DNA of 64,000 nucleotides, from NCBI GenBank assembly GCA_028599125.1, contig JAQRMX010000026.1:17596-81595 (forward strand). Reading direction: 5' to 3'. Positions 58,742 to 64,000 of this stretch are shown here, in pieces. This stretch comes from Alphaproteobacteria bacterium. Its GTDB lineage: Bacteria; Pseudomonadota; Alphaproteobacteria; Rhizobiales; NORP267. The notes beneath the pieces are model-generated. The model made no database searches. It worked only from the letters and a program-made list of their open reading frames with translations, and was not told where the DNA came from. The first letter of the stretch is position 1, and every line of letters starts with the position of its first letter. The translations under genes and the position numbers were made by a program.

Positions 58742-59965
58742 TCATTTCGTTTTGTTACTTTTGTTTTCTGATAAAAGTACGCGTAATCCCGGCAGACTTT
58801 TGCCTTCAAGCCATTCGAGGAACGCCCCACCAGCCATTGAAATATAGCTGAATTTTTTTTCCACGCCTGTCGTATGTAAAGCAGAGACCGTATCTCCACC
58901 GCCGACAACAGAAAGAAGTTCGTTTTTTTGTGTTAGATAGGCAATTTTTTGAGCGATTGCGATAGTCCCTCTGTTAAACGGGACTGTTTCAAAGGCACCA
59001 AGAGGGCCATTCCATATGAGTGAGCGTGCTTCTGTGATGTGTTGTGAGAAAGTCACAACAGACGCTGGGCCAATATCGAGGATCATATCGTCTTTTGCAA
59101 GAGAGGCAACGTTGATAATACGAGTGTTGACGTTAGCTTTGCATGTTTTGGCAACTATAGCGTCTGTTGGCAAGATGATCTTGCAACCGCTTTCTTCTGC
59201 GCGGTCCATGATCTGTTGTGCAATATTGACGCATTGCTCTTCGCAGAGGGAGGCTCCGATATCAATTCCTCTGGCCTTGAGAAAGGTGTTTGCCATGCCT
59301 CCTCCGATGATGAGGCTATCCATTTTTGTAACAAGATTGGCAAGGATGCTGATTTTAGTTGAAATTTTAGCGCCGCCGATGAGGCCAGCCAAAGGGCGTT
59401 TCGGATTGATGAGGGCTGTATCAAGAGCCCGGAGCTCACTTTCCATCGCCCTGCCGATGACCGATGGTAAATGATGGGCAATGCCTTCGGTTGATGCATG
59501 TGCATGATGAGATACAGAGAAGGCGTCATTGACGTAGAATTGTGCCAGACGTGCCATTTTTTTTGCTAATATTTCGCTGTTTTCTTCTTCTCCTGGATGG
59601 AACCGGGTATTTTCCATCAAGAGAAGATCACCGATCCCTGCCTCTGAAACAGCCAGCCGAGGCAGATCATCGTCCCATTTTGTAGGCACAAAAGTAACGA
59701 GACATTTCATGACGTGAGCAAGGGGTTTAACGATCTGGTCAAGCGACATATTTTTGATGGATTTTCCACCCGGTCGCCCAAAATGCGACAATATGACAAT
59801 AGTTGACCCCTTGTTGAGTAAGGCTTTAAGGGTTGGGACACTGCGTTCAAGTCGAGACAGGTCCATCACGATTCCATCCCGGATCGGCATATTCAGGTCC
59901 AGCCGTACAGCTACGCATCCAGGAAGATGGGGAATATCATCAAGCGTTCTGAAGGGAAATGTCAT
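58742..59965 (-). CDS. pgk: Phosphoglycerate kinase
   Basis: 407 aa with RLDLNMP, SHFGRP, GGAKISTKI and GGGDT. Confidence 0.9.
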   Translation of the reverse strand: MTFPFRTLDDIPHLPGCVAVRLDLNMPIRDGIVMDLSRLERSVPTLKALLNKGSTIVILSHFGRPGGKSIKNMSLDQIVKPLAHVMKCLVTFVPTKWDDDLPRLAVSEAGIGDLLLMENTRFHPGEEENSEILAKKMARLAQFYVNDAFSVSHHAHASTEGIAHHLPSVIGRAMESELRALDTALINPKRPLAGLIGGAKISTKISILANLVTKMDSLIIGGGMANTFLKARGIDIGASLCEEQCVNIAQQIMDRAEESGCKIILPTDAIVAKTCKANVNTRIINVASLAKDDMILDIGPASVVTFSQHITEARSLIWNGPLGAFETVPFNRGTIAIAQKIAYLTQKNELLSVVGGGDTVSALHTTGVEKKFSYISMAGGAFLEWLEGKSLPGLRVLLSENKSNKTK

Positions 59966-60104
59966 ACGTTACTATCTAGGTAAGGGACAGGAGAAACGAA
60001 GGGGATAAAAGGGGGCAGGCGAAACAGAAGCCGATAAGAGACCCCGGGGACCGCAGTACGGCTTTTTTTCAAACTTTCTTTTTTTATTTTTCGATCTTTC
60101 CTTT

Positions 60105-61118
60105 TTAAAGGAGCCGCCCCATAAGGAGAGCTGTGTCCAGCATTCTGTTGGAAAATCCCCATTCATTATCATACCAGGACATGATCCGGACGAAATCACC
60201 TCCGATCACTCTTGTTTGATCCATAGCAACGATCGCCGAGGCTGCATTGTGATTGAAATCCACGGAAACCAAAGGTTCATCGGTGACACAGAGAATGTTT
60301 TTGAGTTTAGCTGATCCGGCGGCCTCACGGAGCGCATTATTGATGTCTTTGACACATGTTGGTCTGCGTGTGTTGATTTTCAGGTCTGTTAACGAAACGT
60401 TGGGTGTTGGTACGCGGATGGCGACACCGTCAAGTTTTCCTTTCAGTTCTGGTAAGACGAGGCTAACGCTCCGTGCGGCACCAGTAGAAGTCGGGATCAT
60501 TGAGAGAGAGGCAGCCCGTGCCCGATAAAGATCGCTATGGGAGGCATCAAGTGTCCGTTGATCGCCTGTATAGGAATGAACGGCGGTCATAAAGCCTTTT
60601 TCAATCCCGATAGTGTCATGAAGAACCTTAATAACCGGCGCAAGGCAATTTGTAGTACATGAAGCATTAGAAACAATGAGATGATGGGATTGTATCTGCT
60701 CTTCATTGACACCATACACTACCGTAATATCAGGTTCGTCTCCTGGCGCGGAAATGAGGACCCGCTTTGCGCCAGCATCAAGATGGGTGCATGCTTTGTC
60801 TCTTGCGGTCAAGGTGCCTGTACATTCCAGGACAATATCAACATCTAGTTCGCGCCAAGGCATTTTCAACGGATCACGATCAGCCATGATACGGACAGGA
60901 AACGTGTTTATAGACATTGTTTTCTCATCAAGGACGCTAACCTGTGCGGGCAGCTTTCCGTGGACGCTGTCATAGCGCAACAGATGAGCTTTTGTAGCGA
61001 TTGGTGCGGGGTCATTTATGCCGACGACCTGAAGCATCTTGTTGTCTCTCTCAATGAAAGCGCGCATGACAAGTCGTCCTATGCGTCCGAAGCCATTGAT
61101 TGCAAGCCTGAGTGCCAT
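60105..61118 (-). CDS. gap: Glyceraldehyde-3-phosphate dehydrogenase
   Basis: 337 aa with INGFGRIGR, the active site SNASCTTNCLAP, and WYDNEWGFS. Confidence 0.95.
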   Translation of the reverse strand: MALRLAINGFGRIGRLVMRAFIERDNKMLQVVGINDPAPIATKAHLLRYDSVHGKLPAQVSVLDEKTMSINTFPVRIMADRDPLKMPWRELDVDIVLECTGTLTARDKACTHLDAGAKRVLISAPGDEPDITVVYGVNEEQIQSHHLIVSNASCTTNCLAPVIKVLHDTIGIEKGFMTAVHSYTGDQRTLDASHSDLYRARAASLSMIPTSTGAARSVSLVLPELKGKLDGVAIRVPTPNVSLTDLKINTRRPTCVKDINNALREAAGSAKLKNILCVTDEPLVSVDFNHNAASAIVAMDQTRVIGGDFVRIMSWYDNEWGFSNRMLDTALLMGRLL

Positions 61119-61119
61119 T

Positions 61120-63207
61120 TTATGTCCCCCTTTTTTCCAAATCGCGCTCGTTCTTGTTTTCCAGACAGCACATTGCTGCGGATACTATCGATTCCGGGGT
61201 TATATGGAAATGATCGTAAAGATCTTCGTATGGAGCGCTCTCTCCAAAGGTGTCAAGGGTAATGACTGTACCATTATCACCGGTATAGCGTTTCCAGCCC
61301 ATGGAACTCCCCGCTTCAATGGCGATACATATGGTCGCAGAGGATATCACGAAATTGCGGTAAATCTCCGGCTGTGTATCAAATAATTCCCAACAGGGCA
61401 AGGAGACGACGGTGGTCGCAATTCCCTTTGCTTCCAGTATCTCCTGCGCTCTGACAGCAAGCTGTATTTCTGATCCTGTTGAAATCAGTGTAACCTGAGC
61501 ATCCTGTGTTGCTGGTTTGAGCACATATCCCCCCCGAGCTGAAATGTTTTTTTCTTCTGTTTCAAGACGGAATTGAGGGAGACTCTGACGGCTGAGGGCA
61601 ATGAGGCTCGGTCCCTGCATCCTATGCAACGCAATTTGCCAGCATTCTGCTGTTTCAACAATGTCGCAGGGCCGCATAACGAGGAGGTTCGGAATAGCTC
61701 GGAGGGAGGCAAGCTGTTCCACGGGTTGATGCGTTGGTCCGTCTTCGCCAAGTCCTATGGAATCATGAGTCATGACATAAATGACGCGCTGTTTCATGAG
61801 GGCTGAGAGTCTGATTGCTGGTCGGCAATAATCGGAGAAAACGAGGAATGTTCCGGAATAGGGAATGAGACCCCGGTGCAGGGCAATCCCATTCATAGCG
61901 GCAGCCATGGCATGTTCTCGGATTCCATAATGGATGAATCTTCCGGAAGGATGCGTTGCGGAAAAGACAGTCATGTCCTTACTTTTTGTTTTATTGGATC
62001 CTGTAAGGTCTGCAGAACCGCCTATTGCTTCCTGTAAGACAGGATTGACAACGTCCAGAAATTTCCCGGAGGCCTCGCGCGTGGAAAGTGATTCCGGTAT
62101 GTTTATGAGGTTTTTTTTATAGCAGGAGATTATGTCATCAAGTTCGGCAGGCAGCTCTCCTTTCATCTGCCGGTCAAATAAATCTCGCGTGGCCTTGTCC
62201 CGTCGTGCATACCGCTCTTGCCAGGCTTTGCGGTCTTCGATGCCGCGTATTCCGTCACGAAGCCAAGCATTCCGTATGTTATCAGGAATTTCGAAGGGGG
62301 CATAAGGCCACCCGAGTGCAGCTTTAGCTGCTTTTGCCTCGGCAGGGCCGAGCGGTGAGCCATGTGCGCTCGATGTTCCCTGTTTTTTCGGTGCGCCGTA
62401 GCCGATAATGGTTTTACAGGCGATTAGTGTTGGCTGCCCGCTCTCGCGGGCTGTGGCGATCGCATAGGTAATTCGGAGGGGATCATGCCCGTTTATGGAG
62501 ATGACATTCCAGCCACAAGCCTGAAACCGTGCACATTGATCGACTGAATCGGAAAGGGAGACCGGTCCGTCAATGCTGATTCCATTATCATCAAACAGGA
62601 CAATGAGTTTTTTGAGGACAAGATGACCTGCTAAAGCGATGGCTTCATGGCTTATTCCTTCCATGAGGTCTCCGTCGCTGACGAGAACATAGGTGTAGTG
62701 ATCAACAAGGGTCTCACCGAAACGGGAAGCGAGGTGTTGTTCAGCGATAGCCATCCCGACAGCGGTTGCTAAACCCTGGCCCAGTGGACCTGTTGTTGTT
62801 TCAATTCCTGCGGTGCATCGCACTTCCGGGTGGCCAGGCGCCTGTGAGTGCAATTTGCGAAAAGATTTAAGGCAATCAAGTGACATGTCCGCATAGCCTA
62901 CAAGGTGCAGGAGTGCATACAACAAAATTGAACCGTGTCCAGCTGAAAGAACGAAACGGTCCCGGTCTGGCCATTCCGGTTCGTTCGGATCAAATTTAAG
63001 GAATGATCTGAAGAGAACTGTGGCGATGTCAGCTACGCCAAGAGGCAGGCCGGGATGGCCCGACTGTGCGGTTTCAATCGCGTCGATTGAAAGTGCCCGG
63101 ACCGCATTGGCCATGATGAAATGCCCGCTCTGGTCAACAGGCAGGGAGCCGGATGCTGGAAAGTTTCCGGTTTCTTTTTTTCCATTTTTTGGTACGTCTG
63201 GAAACAT
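61120..63207 (-). CDS. tkt: Transketolase
   Basis: It has [34 protein letters not shown] and the GEDGPTHQP motif. The start is uncertain: ATG at 63207, 63114 or 63330. The stop is 1 nt from the gap start. Confidence 0.9.
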   Translation of the reverse strand: MFPDVPKNGKKETGNFPASGSLPVDQSGHFIMANAVRALSIDAIETAQSGHPGLPLGVADIATVLFRSFLKFDPNEPEWPDRDRFVLSAGHGSILLYALLHLVGYADMSLDCLKSFRKLHSQAPGHPEVRCTAGIETTTGPLGQGLATAVGMAIAEQHLASRFGETLVDHYTYVLVSDGDLMEGISHEAIALAGHLVLKKLIVLFDDNGISIDGPVSLSDSVDQCARFQACGWNVISINGHDPLRITYAIATARESGQPTLIACKTIIGYGAPKKQGTSSAHGSPLGPAEAKAAKAALGWPYAPFEIPDNIRNAWLRDGIRGIEDRKAWQERYARRDKATRDLFDRQMKGELPAELDDIISCYKKNLINIPESLSTREASGKFLDVVNPVLQEAIGGSADLTGSNKTKSKDMTVFSATHPSGRFIHYGIREHAMAAAMNGIALHRGLIPYSGTFLVFSDYCRPAIRLSALMKQRVIYVMTHDSIGLGEDGPTHQPVEQLASLRAIPNLLVMRPCDIVETAECWQIALHRMQGPSLIALSRQSLPQFRLETEEKNISARGGYVLKPATQDAQVTLISTGSEIQLAVRAQEILEAKGIATTVVSLPCWELFDTQPEIYRNFVISSATICIAIEAGSSMGWKRYTGDNGTVITLDTFGESAPYEDLYDHFHITPESIVSAAMCCLENKNERDLEKRGT

Positions 63208-63568
63208 GACAAATGCTATAATAAACTCCAGGGATGATTGTCTTCCCCCTACACCCTTTTTCGTACAAATGCCCGAAGGCATAACAGCCGGCGAGATAGA
63301 ATTAATTTCTCTTTTCGTTATGCTGCACACTTTATTTTACAGGGTTGTCCTTGATGCTTGCAAGAAGATTATGCAATGCAATACACTTATGGCGCTTTGT
63401 TTGATGCATTGATGAAAAATTCCAGGGATTCTGAAGGGGGTTTTCTGCTCTGTTCCCCGTTTCATATATTTTCTGTCATGTCCATGAAGGGGGCGTGTCA
63501 ATGGTGGCGATATTTTCCAGTAATTTTTCGGGAGGCAGGATGTTGTGTGAGAGCCGTGATGTGAACAG

Positions 63569-63871
63569 GTGATGCGTGGTCGGGATGGGAGTGAAGCCAT
63601 GGGAGACGCTGTACAACGTTTGAATCAGGCAATTGGCATGTTGGAATTGGTCCTTGAGCGGTCCCGTATTAATATGTCGGTTTCTGCTGATGGAAAGGCA
63701 ATAGAAGAATTTGAAGGGCGCTGGCAGTGCGTTAAAAGGGATAATGAGGCGTTGCGTGCGCGCAATGCGCATCTGGAGCGCATTCGTAACGAGGCAAGTA
63801 CAAAAATTGGGCATACCATCAGGATGGTTGAGGGCATTCTGGAAGACATTTCACCTGATTCGTACAAATAG
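63569..63871 (+). CDS. DUF4164-like coiled-coil protein
   Basis: This is a small coiled-coil ORF immediately upstream of zapA, the usual alphaproteobacterial arrangement. The true start may be the ATG at 63599. Confidence 0.5.
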   Translation: MMRGRDGSEAMGDAVQRLNQAIGMLELVLERSRINMSVSADGKAIEEFEGRWQCVKRDNEALRARNAHLERIRNEASTKIGHTIRMVEGILEDISPDSYK

Positions 63872-63914
63872 ATAGTGCGTGAAGGCGCGGATTACGCGTG
63901 AGAAGAGGAGTCTT

Positions 63915-64000
63915 GTGGCGGAAGTAGAGGCAAAAATCAACGGGCGTGCATATAAGATTGCTTGTGATGATGGGCAGGAGCGGCATTTGTTGTCGCTTGT
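63915..64000 (+). CDS. zapA: Cell division protein ZapA, N-terminal part (3' end lies outside the window)
   Basis: The GTG at 63915 follows AGGAG. The translation VAEVEAKINGRAYKIACDDGQERHLLSL matches the ZapA N-terminal consensus (INGR.Y...C..GEE.HL). Confidence 0.6.
   Translation, partial: MAEVEAKINGRAYKIACDDGQERHLLSL

Overview
This 64 kb window is mostly core chromosome from an alphaproteobacterium. The lineage call rests on DUF1013/TrcR-like and DUF1465/RcdA-like genes, an Alph_Pro_TM-like gene next to TauE, DUF4164-zapA placed divergently from tkt-gap-pgk, a class I LysRS and a homospermidine synthase. GC looks mid-40s percent by eye but was not computed.

Genes I recognise:
- Information processing: dnaG (3' part), rpoD, infA, maf, yacG, lysK, rpsU, rpmE, efp.
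- Biosynthesis and central metabolism: murA, hisD, hemC, pyrD, pyrC, fhs, korAB, pepF, ygfZ, purEK, fba, pgk, gap, tkt, and an ornithine decarboxylase plus homospermidine synthase pair.
- Signalling and envelope: a PleC/DivJ-type histidine kinase, an ABC exporter, suhB.
- RNA genes: three intact tRNAs, Thr-GGU, Phe-GAA and Met/Ile2-CAU.

Coding density is low for a bacterium, with about a dozen ORF-free spacers of 0.4-0.7 kb and one of 2.6 kb. I found no CRISPR array, intact IS element, integrase or intact prophage.

The only clearly accessory segment is the 2.6 kb gap between hss and fba. It holds a stand-alone reverse transcriptase gene broken by many frameshifts and stops (a YSDD box is still readable), a roughly 350 bp hairpin-rich non-coding stretch upstream of it, and the 3' two-thirds of a tRNA-Arg(UCU). 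I read this as the fossil of a tRNA-targeted island that carried an RT-based, possibly defence-type, module.

Other points worth a second look:
- An orphan MotA/ExbB-like plus MotB/OmpA-like pair with a long coiled-coil spacer.
- An 855 aa tail-anchored protein containing near-identical 213 bp tandem repeats.
- A perfect 12 x 8 bp microsatellite.
- A catalytically degenerate, TipF-like EAL protein.
- A perfect CtrA-type box in front of a small SeqA-N-like ribbon-helix-helix ORF.
- A long structured leader upstream of the ornithine decarboxylase gene.

All functional calls come from motif recognition by eye. No searches were run.
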